Source: Halodesulfurarchaeum sp. (GTDB lineage Archaea > Halobacteriota > Halobacteria > Halobacteriales > Halobacteriaceae). Taken from it: a stretch of DNA of 64,000 bases. The translations under genes and the position numbers were made by a program. The stretch spans positions 2,380-66,379 of the forward strand of contig NZ_JAZKRK010000006.1 in NCBI RefSeq assembly GCF_036626455.1, given 5' to 3'. Below the pieces are notes generated by a model, which was given only the letters and a program-made list of their open reading frames with translations, made no database searches and was not told where the DNA came from. This document shows positions 1 to 9,371 of this stretch, in pieces (the first letter of the stretch is position 1; each line of letters opens with the position of its first letter).

Positions 1-557
1 CCAACCATTCCAAGAGCATAGAGCCGACTATGTGTTCCACCAGTTGCTTCACGCTGGTCGATCCAGACCACGGCGGCGACCAATAAGAGGAACAAGGCCA
101 GTGCAGTCCCAAGATGGGCCAATTGGACGGCCGGAGTGTATCCGTCCGGAAATAGCGTCGCGAAGGTGACGGTAACCCCGCCGAGAACCACTTGAATTGG
201 CAAAAGCATCGCTGCAAGCCAACCGGCCCAGGAAATACGGGTCCCTCGATATCGGTACCATAAAACGAGGGCATTTGTGATGATGATGAATCCCACGAGC
301 ATCGCGAAAAATCGGTGGAACCATTCGATAAACTGCGGGATCGACAGGCCGATCGGGGACAGTTGTCCGGCACAGCCAGGATAGGTGAAATTACAGGTTG
401 CGCCGGCCCCGGCAGCGGCCGTGAACTCTCCAATTAATACCAGCAGGAACGTGAGTCCCGCTGTTCCCATCGCCACGCCACGTGCCCGCGAGACAATCGA
501 ACGGCCGGCCCGATGGAGTACCGTCCCATTCGTCGATCTATCCGTCAACGAGGCCAT
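1..557 (-). CDS. ctaA: Heme A synthase (CtaA/COX15 family). Only the N-terminal part is present; the gene runs off the left window edge
   Basis: Own minus-strand translation from the ATG (plus-strand cat at 555-557): MASLTDRST...GAGATCNFTYPGCAGQLSPIGLSIPQFIEWFHRFFAMLVGF...AHLGTALALFLLL. There is no stop down to base 3. The Cys pair, the EWFHRF His motif and several TM helices fit CtaA/COX15. It is absent from the ORF track because it is open-ended. Confidence 0.6.
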   Translation of the reverse strand, partial: MASLTDRSTNGTVLHRAGRSIVSRARGVAMGTAGLTFLLVLIGEFTAAAGAGATCNFTYPGCAGQLSPIGLSIPQFIEWFHRFFAMLVGFIIITNALVLWYRYRGTRISWAGWLAAMLLPIQVVLGGVTVTFATLFPDGYTPAVQLAHLGTALALFLLLVAAVVWIDQREATGGTHSRLYALGMV

Positions 558-650
558 TGTCCCTTGTTATCGGAGCATCCCATTTAGATGTTCACGATAC
601 CGGCATTCGACGGGCCGAAGATTTTTGGTTGACTGCAGCCTGCATCTGGT

Positions 651-1193
651 ATGAAACGGCGCGAGTTTCTGGCAACAGGGGCAGCGACCCTGGGCACCGC
701 CATCGCGGGCTGTGCGAGTGGGGAGGGTCTCGGATACGACATCGCGATGGTTTCCAATGCCTTCGTTCCCGGTAACACGAGCCCAGTTCCGGAAGACGCG
801 CCAGAGTGGGTGCCCTCCGAGGATCCAACACTCGAAGTCAGAATCGGAGACACTATAATCTGGGAAAACACCGATTCACGGATTCATACCGTGACAGCAG
901 CGACAGTCGATCACGAAGAAGCCGAGGCGATGCTGGGGACTGACGAGGGCGACGAAGGCCATCATGAGACCGGGCCAACCCTCCCGTCAGCGGGGACCTT
1001 TTTTGCATCAGGGGACTTCGACGACGAATTAACGGCTGTCGAGTCGTTCTTCGAGAACGTCAGTGGTGGCGGAGCGATTCCACCGGGCAAACAATACGCA
1101 CACACGTTTCACACCCCAGGCTGGTACCATTACTACTGTATTCCCCACGAGACAGCGGGAATGATGGGGAACGTCCATGTCCTCGACGTGTGA
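651..1193 (+). CDS. Halocyanin-type blue copper protein (cupredoxin), Tat-signal lipoprotein
   Basis: 180 aa. Twin-arginine signal MKRREFLATGAA followed by AGC lipobox-like Cys. Type-1 Cu ligands are His (SRIHTV) and C-x2-H-x4-M (YYCIPHETAGMMGNVHV). Confidence 0.85.
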   Translation: MKRREFLATGAATLGTAIAGCASGEGLGYDIAMVSNAFVPGNTSPVPEDAPEWVPSEDPTLEVRIGDTIIWENTDSRIHTVTAATVDHEEAEAMLGTDEGDEGHHETGPTLPSAGTFFASGDFDDELTAVESFFENVSGGGAIPPGKQYAHTFHTPGWYHYYCIPHETAGMMGNVHVLDV

Positions 1194-1214
1194 GGCGGCC
1201 GGTTCGGGTTTCAC

Positions 1215-1877
1215 TTAAATGAGCGGCCGATAATACAAGAGTCCGAGTGCCGTGACGAACACGACAGTACCGATCCCATAGGTTTGACTCAGTGCAAACG
1301 CTGTCACGGCAGACCCGCTGCCAAAAATCGAAGTCACGATGGTGCCCAGAATCGGCCAACTACAGGACAGACACGAGAACAGCCCAAGCAGCCCAGGAAC
1401 GGCCCCAGCTGCGGCGTCCAGGACTGTTGCGTAGACGAAATAGGCCAGCGTGAGATATCCGATGACCGTGTAGGGCTCAAGCACCAGTTTGAACAATTCG
1501 TTTTCGAAGAGAAGTGCCGGGGCATATCCAGGCGGCGGGGCCCAATTGAGATGCAAGGCGACTGATTCGGCTCCGGTTCCAAACAGCCCCCCGAAATATC
1601 CCAGAACGACGAAATACCCGAGAGCGATGGTACCGGCTCCCAGTCGTTTTTGCACCGGGCCCACAGGTCGATTGGTTTTGTAAACGGCCAATAGACTGGC
1701 ATTGATCCACACAAATGGATAGATCAGAACGAGTGGATCAGTGATGATCGCATCAGTGGTCAGGACGTAGGACCCCACAAGACCGGTTTCGAGAAAGACG
1801 AGCCACAGAAAAAGCGTTCCCGTCGATAGATCGGGCCCGAAATCGAACTGCAACCCGACGGCGGGCACCTCAACCAT
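1215..1877 (-). CDS. Polytopic membrane protein, function unknown
   Basis: ORF track gives 1215..1991. I prefer the internal ATG at 1877 (MVEVPAVGLQFDF...) because the longer form overlaps the upstream permease gene. It has about 6 hydrophobic helices and no recognisable catalytic motif. Confidence 0.55.
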   Translation of the reverse strand: MVEVPAVGLQFDFGPDLSTGTLFLWLVFLETGLVGSYVLTTDAIITDPLVLIYPFVWINASLLAVYKTNRPVGPVQKRLGAGTIALGYFVVLGYFGGLFGTGAESVALHLNWAPPPGYAPALLFENELFKLVLEPYTVIGYLTLAYFVYATVLDAAAGAVPGLLGLFSCLSCSWPILGTIVTSIFGSGSAVTAFALSQTYGIGTVVFVTALGLLYYRPLI

Positions 1878-1938
1878 GGAGAAGTGTTCCTTATCTCGCC
1901 TCAAGAACCTCCGTTTCACAGCAGGACCCACTCCTTTC

Positions 1939-2685
1939 TCAATCGGGTTGTGGAACCGCCACCGCACCCAGAACGAAGAAAAGGATGGCAAAACCGACGA
2001 GCACGAGTAATTCGGAGGTCGCTGGCGCCTGCTGATATGTTACCTGACGAACACCCCGTGCAAAGTAGGTGAGCGGAGAGAGTTCGATGAGTAGTGACCC
2101 CCATGCTGGAAGTTGGTCAGGTGCTACGAACGTATCCGAGAGAAACACGAGTGGTAATGCCACAGAATTGCTCGCCGCGATAACCCCATCACGTGAATCA
2201 GCGATCCGGCCGAGAATAGCACCAAGTCCCACGAACACCACAACGCCAGCGACGATGAAAGGAACGAGGAATAGTGAAAGAGTGATCTGAGCGTCGGTCA
2301 ACGCCATGAGAACGGCCAGGACCAACCCGCTGGCCAGGAGAATAATACCCGTATTGACGATCGTATGAGCCCCGAGCCATTCAGCGCCGCTCAATGGGGT
2401 CGTCGCCAGTTTTTCGAACTGTCGCCGGTCTCGATACCGGGCGACAGTACTCCCAATCCGCGACAGCGGCGTAAACAATACAATGACAGCGAGATACCCT
2501 GGGACGTAATATCCCACGGGCCGAGCGAACAATCCAGCACCCGTCGGGTCGGTCTGGACAATGACGCCGAAAATCCCCACGAGGAGGAGCGGAAACCCGA
2601 ACGTGAAGAAAATCGCTGTTCGTTGCCGAAGAAACGAGTGCCAGGAGGCCTTTGTTTCGGCCCAAATGCGAGAGAGCCTGTTCAT
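1939..2685 (-). CDS. ABC-2 type transporter permease
   Basis: 248 aa with six hydrophobic segments. The N-terminus MNRLSRIWAETKASWHSFLRQR is typical of ABC-2 permeases. Its start overlaps the stop of the upstream ATPase gene by 4 nt. Confidence 0.8.
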   Translation of the reverse strand: MNRLSRIWAETKASWHSFLRQRTAIFFTFGFPLLLVGIFGVIVQTDPTGAGLFARPVGYYVPGYLAVIVLFTPLSRIGSTVARYRDRRQFEKLATTPLSGAEWLGAHTIVNTGIILLASGLVLAVLMALTDAQITLSLFLVPFIVAGVVVFVGLGAILGRIADSRDGVIAASNSVALPLVFLSDTFVAPDQLPAWGSLLIELSPLTYFARGVRQVTYQQAPATSELLVLVGFAILFFVLGAVAVPQPD

Positions 2686-3623
2686 GGGTCACTGTATGCC
2701 GATGATTTCCGGTATCCGGTCGCCGACCCCAATGAGTCGTTCCCTGTCAGTTGGAGGTAGGCATCTTCGAGGCTCGGTTCCGTCCAGGTAATCGACCCGT
2801 ACCGAACCTCCAGTTCGTTTAATTGGGTCACAAATTGCCCGATCGTGTCCGGTTGGACGTTCCGTATTTGAAGTCCAGATGGTGATTGCTCAACGTCGCC
2901 CTCGAATTGCCCAATCTGGGCTTCTGAGAGTGTTTCTTCGGTTTCAATCCGGAGCACCGAGTCCCCGCCATACTGGTCGATGAGTGAGCCAGGGGATCCG
3001 CTTTCGACCAGTTCGCCGTCATCAAGCAACGCGACTCGATCACCGAGAGTGGCCGCTTCTGCCATATCGTGTGTTGTAAGAACAATCGTTGCCCCATTGT
3101 CCGATAGCGCGTCCAGCAGCGACCACACCGACCGCCTGCCGACTGGATCAATTCCGGTCGTCGGCTCGTCCAAAAAGAGGACCTCTGGATCGTTGATCAA
3201 CGCACTCCCGACACAGACACGCCGTTTTTGGCCCCCAGAAAGGTTCACGTACCGGGTCTCTGATGCCGCAGTCAAGCCGACATCTGAGAGCACCTTGGAC
3301 ACTGCAAGTGACTGATCGTACAACCCCGCATAATACTCGAGCAGTTCACTCGCAGTCAACCGATCATGTGGCGCAAACGATTGGGGGAGCAGTCCGATTC
3401 GTGATGGGTCCGTGTCGTTCACCGGCGTCTCCAACACCGAGACCAACCCTTCATCCGGCTCTATCGTCCCGGTAAGCGCCCGGACTAGTGTCGTTTTCCC
3501 CGCCCCATTGGGCCCAACTAGAACGAAAATCTCACCAGAAGAGACGGAAATCGACACGTCGCTGAGAGCGACGGTGTCACCGTAGTCTTTGGAGACACCG
3601 TCAGCAGACACGGCCGGGGTCAT
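2682..3623 (-). CDS. ABC transporter ATP-binding protein
   Basis: 313 aa. Walker A GPNGAGKTT, ABC signature LSGGQKRR and Walker B LFLDEPTTGID are present. Confidence 0.9.
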   Translation of the reverse strand: MTPAVSADGVSKDYGDTVALSDVSISVSSGEIFVLVGPNGAGKTTLVRALTGTIEPDEGLVSVLETPVNDTDPSRIGLLPQSFAPHDRLTASELLEYYAGLYDQSLAVSKVLSDVGLTAASETRYVNLSGGQKRRVCVGSALINDPEVLFLDEPTTGIDPVGRRSVWSLLDALSDNGATIVLTTHDMAEAATLGDRVALLDDGELVESGSPGSLIDQYGGDSVLRIETEETLSEAQIGQFEGDVEQSPSGLQIRNVQPDTIGQFVTQLNELEVRYGSITWTEPSLEDAYLQLTGNDSLGSATGYRKSSAYSDP

Positions 3624-3852
3624 AGGGCATGCTTGCCCTCCCCAGCAAAGAAGGTTCCTCCCGGAGCGGTTTGGGCCGTTGAACCGAACATCCCGAGAGA
3701 TCTGACGGTTCGGGTACTTACATACGGAGCGGGCCGCAGGTGACCGCTATGGATCATCCCGCCGCGATGGCGTTTTTGCACCTCGTGTTTGCAGGCATTT
3801 GGACCGGCAGTGTCGTTTTCTTGACTTCCTCCCCGCCCTGAAGGGGCTTGCC

Positions 3853-3898
3853 GAGACGCGTAGCGTCTCGTTGCACCCGAAAACGCTTCGCGTTTTCG
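3853..3898. repeat. Two adjacent perfect stem-loops downstream of tnpB (candidate IS right-end / omega-RNA scaffold hairpins)
   Basis: GAGACGC-gta-GCGTCTC at 3853-3869 (7-bp stem). CGAAAACGC-ttc-GCGTTTTCG at 3878-3898 (9-bp stem). Both were read directly from the sequence. Confidence 0.45.
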
Positions 3899-3936
3899 AG
3901 GACGAGTATTCCTCCGTGGGCAATCCAACCAGTCGA

Positions 3937-4897
3937 TTACCCTGGCTGTGAACTTGCGGGTTCGCTGACACTGGTTTGGTCGAGCGACCACGACTGTTCC
4001 CCAAAACCGAGGGGTGTCCACTCGAGTTCATCCCACTCCCAGTACGCTCCGTCACAGGATTCGCCCCTTTCGCGTTCAGCAGACAGGGCAGCGGGCCGAG
4101 CCATCGGCCCAACCTCTGACTGCAACAAATTCCACGCCCCAGCAACATCACTATGTGCTTCTAAGCTACACTCGTGACACCGGAATTTGTCACCGTTCCG
4201 GTGAACATTGTCTGAGCCACATTCCGGACACTCGCTGCTCGAGTCCGCTTCACTCCCTTCCACAATGGAGAGGCCAACATCGCCAAGCGTGAGTGCAAGA
4301 CGGTCAGTGAGTTGCCCATGGCTCCAACGCGTGGGTTTTCTCGTTCACCGATGCCGACCAGTGCGTGGACAACACGTCTCTGAAGTCGCCCACGTATACC
4401 GTGTCCACGTTCCGTTCGAGCAGCCATTCAGTGGCGTGCTTCACGGCAGCGTTCCGACTGTGGTCGCGCTTTCGGGTTCGCTCAGCGTACAAGCGCCGTA
4501 TTCTCTGACTCGAATGCCTGTCCTCAGGGAGTTCCGCTTGCAGTTCAGCGACACGTTCCGAATATTGGTGGAACTGTTCGAACTCCGGGCGTGTGTGGTA
4601 GACCGCGGTGTCTCCAGTACTGGTGACGATAGTGAGGGTATTGTTAGCTCCTACGTCGATAGCAGCTGTATGCGTCGTGTTCTCGGAGTCGAGTGTATGA
4701 GTGAAGGCATCCAATTGCTGTGCTTCAAGTTCGTCTGGTTGTATGCGAACTGGATGCTTGACACGGAACACATCAGCCGTTTCGTCGTAGATAATTTCTA
4801 ACCGGCTATCGTCGACGTTCCACTCTGGGTTACCACGAACTTCGAGTGTAAGAGTGTTGCGTACAATCAGAGAGCCTGCGAAGCTCAATATGAACAC
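3937..4897 (-). pseudogene. tnpB: tnpB (RNA-guided endonuclease/OrfB transposase) remnant, N-terminally truncated and frameshifted
   Basis: ORF 4304..4897 carries LTLEVRGNPEWN..., AAIDVGANN (RuvC-I) and ...RIRRLYAERTRKRDH. ORF 3937..4263 carries the zinc ribbon ECPECGSDNVHRNGDKFRCHECSLEAHSDVAGAWNLL. The upstream extension of the second frame reads HGQLTDRLALTLGDVGLSIV, so the frame changes near 4305-4325. Roughly 140 N-terminal residues of a typical haloarchaeal TnpB are absent. Confidence 0.85.
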
Positions 4898-5506
4898 TCA
4901 GAGAACAGCCCATCCATAGACATGATTCAGAAGGACGTAGGTAAGAATGCCCAACGCGAGACTTATCGACCAGACCCAAACGGCAATCCGACCAATCTGT
5001 GGATGCCTGGTTTCGACCAATTCCGTGGGCGTATGGGTAATTCCAAGCAGGACCGCATACAGGACAACAGGCACCGCCACGATAGAGAGGAAAACGTGAA
5101 TCCCCAGTAGCGCCCAGTACGCGTAGGTGACGAGTGTTGCGTAGTCTGCAAGGAACTGCCCCTGGCTGATCACGAACTGCTTCGTGAAACCGCCCGCCTG
5201 TTTCCAGACATAGAGGACGAGAAAGAGGAGGATGAGTCCAAACGATGTCATCATCGCAGCCTGATGTTTTCTGACTGCCCCACGTTTGATGAACCACCAC
5301 CCGGATAGCAGAGCTCCCAAGGCTATCGTGTTGATCACCACGATAGCATCTCCAAATAGTATCGTCGTCTCCTCTGTGAGCGAAGGAACTGGGACGAATC
5401 CCGCAAAGGAACCAATGACCACAGCATAGCCAATGAGACTGAGAAAAATAGTGACTCTGGCCGGATGATCGCGGGTGTAGGCGATGAGCGTGGTATCAGT
5501 GGACAT
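4898..5506 (-). CDS. DUF420-like membrane protein (cytochrome-oxidase-associated family)
   Basis: ORF track gives 4898..5704. The ATG at 5506 (MSTDTTLIAYTRDHPARV...) yields 202 aa with 4-5 TM helices. The family assignment is from memory of DUF420/CtaM-type proteins and the oxidase neighbourhood. Confidence 0.65.
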   Translation of the reverse strand: MSTDTTLIAYTRDHPARVTIFLSLIGYAVVIGSFAGFVPVPSLTEETTILFGDAIVVINTIALGALLSGWWFIKRGAVRKHQAAMMTSFGLILLFLVLYVWKQAGGFTKQFVISQGQFLADYATLVTYAYWALLGIHVFLSIVAVPVVLYAVLLGITHTPTELVETRHPQIGRIAVWVWSISLALGILTYVLLNHVYGWAVL

Positions 5507-5591
5507 CGGATGGCTCTGTGAGTCGGTTTCGGAGTGGGATCGACTATTTTTGGTCCGGTTGCCAGACCCCCATGTGAGGATCCTGAAAGTG

Positions 5592-6110
5592 TTACCCTTC
5601 AAACTCGCCGTATGAGACACTGCCTGAATCGACGATCGAACCACTTTCCGGAACGTCTCTATCGGGGGGCATACTCCCTTCAGCCGGACCACCTGGATCT
5701 CCAACGACGATTCTGCCGATCATACCAACTGTTTTGTGCGGGATACAAAAATAATCGTAGGTCCCTTCCGTGTCAAAGGGAACCGCTTCGGTGGCCCCCT
5801 CCTGAGTCAGCACCCCCGTATCGAATTGGGGCCCACCCTCTGGGATTCGGGTGACATCCGATTCCTCATGGCTCTCGTAGTATGCCGTGGCCGAGTGAGA
5901 ACCGCTATCGTTGTTGAAGGTAACTGTCGTTCCTGGCTCCACATGGAGCCCGATCGGATCGAAGTAATACTCCTGTCCTTCTGTGACCATATCGACAGTG
6001 ACACCCTCCTCGTTCGACCCATCATCCTCAGGGCCGCCGCCACTGCAGCCGGCAAGCATACCGATCCCAGCGAGACCACCAACTGCTTCTAAGTATTGTC
6101 GTCTTTGCAT
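5592..6110 (-). CDS. Halocyanin-type blue copper protein, Tat-signal lipoprotein
   Basis: ORF track gives 5592..6215. The ATG at 6110 gives MQRRQYLEAVGGLAGIGMLAGCSGG (RR signal plus lipobox). Cu ligands are GSHSATAY and FCIPHKTVGMIGRIVV (C-x2-H-x4-M). Confidence 0.85.
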   Translation of the reverse strand: MQRRQYLEAVGGLAGIGMLAGCSGGGPEDDGSNEEGVTVDMVTEGQEYYFDPIGLHVEPGTTVTFNNDSGSHSATAYYESHEESDVTRIPEGGPQFDTGVLTQEGATEAVPFDTEGTYDYFCIPHKTVGMIGRIVVGDPGGPAEGSMPPDRDVPESGSIVDSGSVSYGEFEG

Positions 6111-6304
6111 ACGTGATAATCTTCGACATGTTTGTGAAAACCCTTTATGGTAAGGGAGTCGAACCTGGGGCACGCCCTGCCGGTAGCGGTGATGAATTGT
6201 GATTCTCGCCCCCAAATCATAACAGTTCTATCCGGCCGATAGATCGATTTAATCCGGCCTGTCCGGTCCCTCCTCCGGCCGGACAGAACAACGGTTCGAC
6301 TAGC

Positions 6305-6649
6305 TCAATCCTCCGGGTCATCGATAGCGAACAAATCAAGAGTATTGGCCCGGCGGGAAACATACACGGCAGCGAGTAGGAAAGCCGCGATAAGGAAGTC
6401 AAACCCGTGTTCGACAAAGTGATGTATCTCAGTGCTCACTCCGCTAAGAATTGTCGCCCCGCCCACGACCGATTTGAGCAGGAATAACACAAATCCGATT
6501 GCGACGAACAAATAGGGCGTCGAACGGCGCCGTCGGTACGCAAGCATGGCAAATGCCGCGAGGGGAACCGAAGCAAGTGTCGAGAATAGCAGGATGACAG
6601 CAAGTAATGGCTCGGCCATCCCGCTGGGCCCCCCTTCAGCAAGGACCAT
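6305..6649 (-). CDS. Small membrane protein (3 TM), unknown function
   Basis: 114 aa, hydrophobic, with an acidic C-terminal tail DLFAIDDPED. An alternative start is MAEPLL at 6619. It diverges from coxA. Confidence 0.5.
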   Translation of the reverse strand: MVLAEGGPSGMAEPLLAVILLFSTLASVPLAAFAMLAYRRRRSTPYLFVAIGFVLFLLKSVVGGATILSGVSTEIHHFVEHGFDFLIAAFLLAAVYVSRRANTLDLFAIDDPED

Positions 6650-6925
6650 TGAAACTAATTCTCACACGGCCTGTGTAAGGGTATTCTGGCTTGAACGTCG
6701 AACGATAGCGCCGAAATATCGCCTAATCGATACTGGGTCGATACTCGTGGTTTCAAGTCCCCGGTTTCCAACGTTGCCTCTTGCCCCTAATATTGTGGTT
6801 GTATTCCGCAGCGATGTTCCGTTTTTCATTGAGATGAATCTGCTATAAACCAAATAATTCGGCAGTTTTTCGGGATATGTACCAGAAACCAATTTTAGTG
6901 TGACTGCATAGCATAAACCAACCAT

Positions 6926-8659
6926 ATGGTGGGCCTCAAACAAGTCGTCATCTCGGCCAGTGTCGGGTTGGTCCTGCTGGGGACCGCAGTCATGTTACTC
7001 CGAGCTCGAAAGGCCCAGTCTGTCATGACTGATGGTGGAATACAGGGTGCAACTGAAACGGGGTACGAACATCGCGAGAAACCCGCTGGAATCGTCCGTT
7101 GGTTGACGACGGTCGATCACAAGGACATCGGGCTTATGTACGGAGCCTATGCCTTCTTTGCGTTCGCCTGGGCGGGGGTGTCAGTGTTGATAATGCGGAC
7201 CGAACTGTTGACACCGAACTCGACAATTATCAGCGCCAACTCGTACAACACGCTCCTTACGACTCACGGGACGACAATGTTAATCGTCTTTGGCACACCG
7301 ATTCTCGCTGCGTTTGCGAATTATTTCTTACCACTGCTGCTCGGGGCGGACGACATGGCCTTCCCTCGTGTGAATGCGATCGCGTTCTGGTTACTTCCCC
7401 CTGGAGCAGTTCTCATCTGGTCCGGCTTTTTCATGCCAGTCATCGAGCCTTCAGCGACAACCTGGACGATGTATACACCACTATCCTCTCAATCCGCGAA
7501 TGCGGGGGTCGATCTGTTTCTCCTCGGCCAACATCTCATCGGTGTGAGTGGCATTTTGAGCGGAATTAACTTCATTACGACCGTGTTCACCGAACGAACC
7601 GTCTCTTGGAAGGAAATGGATATCTTTTCCTGGACGATCCTCACCCAAGCGGGCCAGATCGTCTTTGCCTTTCCCATGCTCGGTGCCGCACTCATGATGC
7701 TGCTGATGGATCGAAACTTCGGGACGACCTTTTTCGCCATCGACGGCGGGTCACCGATCCTCTGGCAGCACCTCTTCTGGTTTTTCGGCCACCCGGAAGT
7801 CTACATCCTCATTCTGCCACCGATGGGAATTATCAGTCTCGTGATTCCACGCTTTTCCGGCAGGAAACTTTTCGGGTTCAAATTCGTCGTTTATTCGACA
7901 CTTGCTATTGGAGTCCTCTCGTTTGGCGTCTGGGCCCACCATATGTTCACGACCGGAATTGACCCGCGGGTCCGCGCCAGCTTTATGGCGGTCACGTTAG
8001 CCATCGCTGTCCCAAGCGCAGTGAAGGCCTTCAATTGGATTACGACACTCTGGAACGGTCGTCTCAGGCTGAAAACGCCGATGCTGTTCGCCCTTGGATT
8101 TATCTTCAACTTCATTATCGGAGGCATTACAGGCGTGTTCCTTGGCTCGATCCCCGTAGACATCTATGTCCACGACACCTACTACATCGTCGGCCACTTC
8201 CACTACATGTTGATGGGAGGGGCGGTATTCGCGGTTTTCGCCGCGTTCTACTACTGGTTCCCACTTTTCACCGGCCGCCACTACGACGAGGTCACTGGTA
8301 AAATTCATTTCTGGTTCACATTTGTTGGGACCCAACTGACTTTCGTTGCAATGATGGTCATGGGCTGGGGCGGAATGCCACGACGGTACGCCACCTATCT
8401 TCCTCAATTCTTCAATATGCACGCCCTTTCCACGGTCGGGGCGTTCATCATTGCAATCGGGATGGTCATCGGGCTCATCAACGTGATCCTTTCCTGGTTG
8501 TACGGTGACCGAGTCCGTGACGGCGATCCGTGGGATCTCGAACGAGACGGGCTCAAGACGCCGGAATGGGACTGGTTCGAGAAAGAGCGGATTGAGCCAC
8601 TTCCCGAGGGGGGACCCAAGCCGAACGGTAAAACGGACCAACCGGAGGACAACTCATGA
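6926..8659 (+). CDS. coxA: Cytochrome c oxidase (heme-copper oxidase) subunit I
   Basis: 577 aa with WFFGHPEVYILILP, HHMFTTG and VGHFHYMLMGG motifs and 12+ TM helices. An alternative ATG at 7025 (MTDGGIQG...) would remove an N-terminal extra TM helix. Confidence 0.95.
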   Translation: MVGLKQVVISASVGLVLLGTAVMLLRARKAQSVMTDGGIQGATETGYEHREKPAGIVRWLTTVDHKDIGLMYGAYAFFAFAWAGVSVLIMRTELLTPNSTIISANSYNTLLTTHGTTMLIVFGTPILAAFANYFLPLLLGADDMAFPRVNAIAFWLLPPGAVLIWSGFFMPVIEPSATTWTMYTPLSSQSANAGVDLFLLGQHLIGVSGILSGINFITTVFTERTVSWKEMDIFSWTILTQAGQIVFAFPMLGAALMMLLMDRNFGTTFFAIDGGSPILWQHLFWFFGHPEVYILILPPMGIISLVIPRFSGRKLFGFKFVVYSTLAIGVLSFGVWAHHMFTTGIDPRVRASFMAVTLAIAVPSAVKAFNWITTLWNGRLRLKTPMLFALGFIFNFIIGGITGVFLGSIPVDIYVHDTYYIVGHFHYMLMGGAVFAVFAAFYYWFPLFTGRHYDEVTGKIHFWFTFVGTQLTFVAMMVMGWGGMPRRYATYLPQFFNMHALSTVGAFIIAIGMVIGLINVILSWLYGDRVRDGDPWDLERDGLKTPEWDWFEKERIEPLPEGGPKPNGKTDQPEDNS

Positions 8660-9369
8660 GACACACATTACTTCGCCGACTACTTGCAGCACCCGTCATC
8701 GGAACTATCGCTGTCATGGTGTTCGCCGCTCCAGTCGCTGCTCAGTCGACAACCAGGGACCTCATTATGGGCGTCAACCGCCAGCTCATGATTCTCGCGG
8801 TGCCGATCGGCGTTTTCATGACGGTGCTGTTGTTGTATACCGTTCTCAAGTTCCGAAAGCGAGAGGAGCCAAAACCAACCGGTGAAAACAGGGCCCTCGA
8901 GATTTCCTGGACGGTCGCGACTGCTATCGTCCTCCTATTCGTCGGATTGGCGTCTTACCAGGTGATGGCCGATCCCGCCGTTACAGCGCCTCATTCCGTT
9001 GAAGAAGTCGAGGGCGATCCCGTCGAAGTTGATATCACCGGACAACAGTACCTCTGGCTCTTCGAATACCCTGAGCACAACGTGACGAAGCCGCGAACGA
9101 TGGTTATTCCGGTCAACCAGACGGTCTTCATGCGAATCGAATCGAGAGACATGATCCACGCGGTCCACGTGCCCGGCTTAGCATTGAAATCCGACGCCAT
9201 ACCAGGGCAGGTAAATACGTTACAAACCACTGCCACTGAAGAAGGGACCTACACGCTCTTCTGTGCTGAGTACTGTGGGGAAGGTCATTCTCAAATGTTG
9301 GCCGAAGTTAAGGTAGTGAGTCAATCGGAATACCAGCAGTGGCTCGATGACCAAAAAGAGGAGGGTTAA
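8656..9369 (+). CDS. coxB: Cytochrome c oxidase subunit II (CuA)
   Basis: 237 aa. CuA motif HAVHVPG...CAEYCGEGHSQM. ATGA overlap with coxA. Confidence 0.95.
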   Translation: MRHTLLRRLLAAPVIGTIAVMVFAAPVAAQSTTRDLIMGVNRQLMILAVPIGVFMTVLLLYTVLKFRKREEPKPTGENRALEISWTVATAIVLLFVGLASYQVMADPAVTAPHSVEEVEGDPVEVDITGQQYLWLFEYPEHNVTKPRTMVIPVNQTVFMRIESRDMIHAVHVPGLALKSDAIPGQVNTLQTTATEEGTYTLFCAEYCGEGHSQMLAEVKVVSQSEYQQWLDDQKEEG

Positions 9370-9371
9370 CG

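Larger units (their letters stand above)
3843..4897 (-). mobile_element. Decayed IS200/IS605-family (IS1341-like, tnpB-only) element: tnpB remnant plus right-end stem-loops. The left end is missing
   Basis: tnpB fragments occupy 3937-4897. Two perfect stem-loops lie 40-85 nt beyond the tnpB stop. The element abuts the stop codon of the neighbouring gene at 4898. The low-coordinate boundary is approximate. Confidence 0.5.

Noticed and set aside
49-324. 91-aa minus-strand ORF at the left edge
   Set aside because: It is out of frame with the much more convincing CtaA-like reading frame covering 1-557. Its composition is His/Arg/Pro-rich and not halophilic.
3620-4151. ORFs 3620..4021 and 3747..4151 (133-134 aa) in and beside the IS remnant
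   Set aside because: They are Arg/Gly/Pro-rich basic translations that overlap the tnpB 3' region and its hairpins. They are typical GC-rich spurious frames.
7997-8641. 214-aa ORF antisense to coxA
   Set aside because: It lies completely inside the strongly supported coxA frame and carries no motif. It is an antisense frame of a GC-rich gene.
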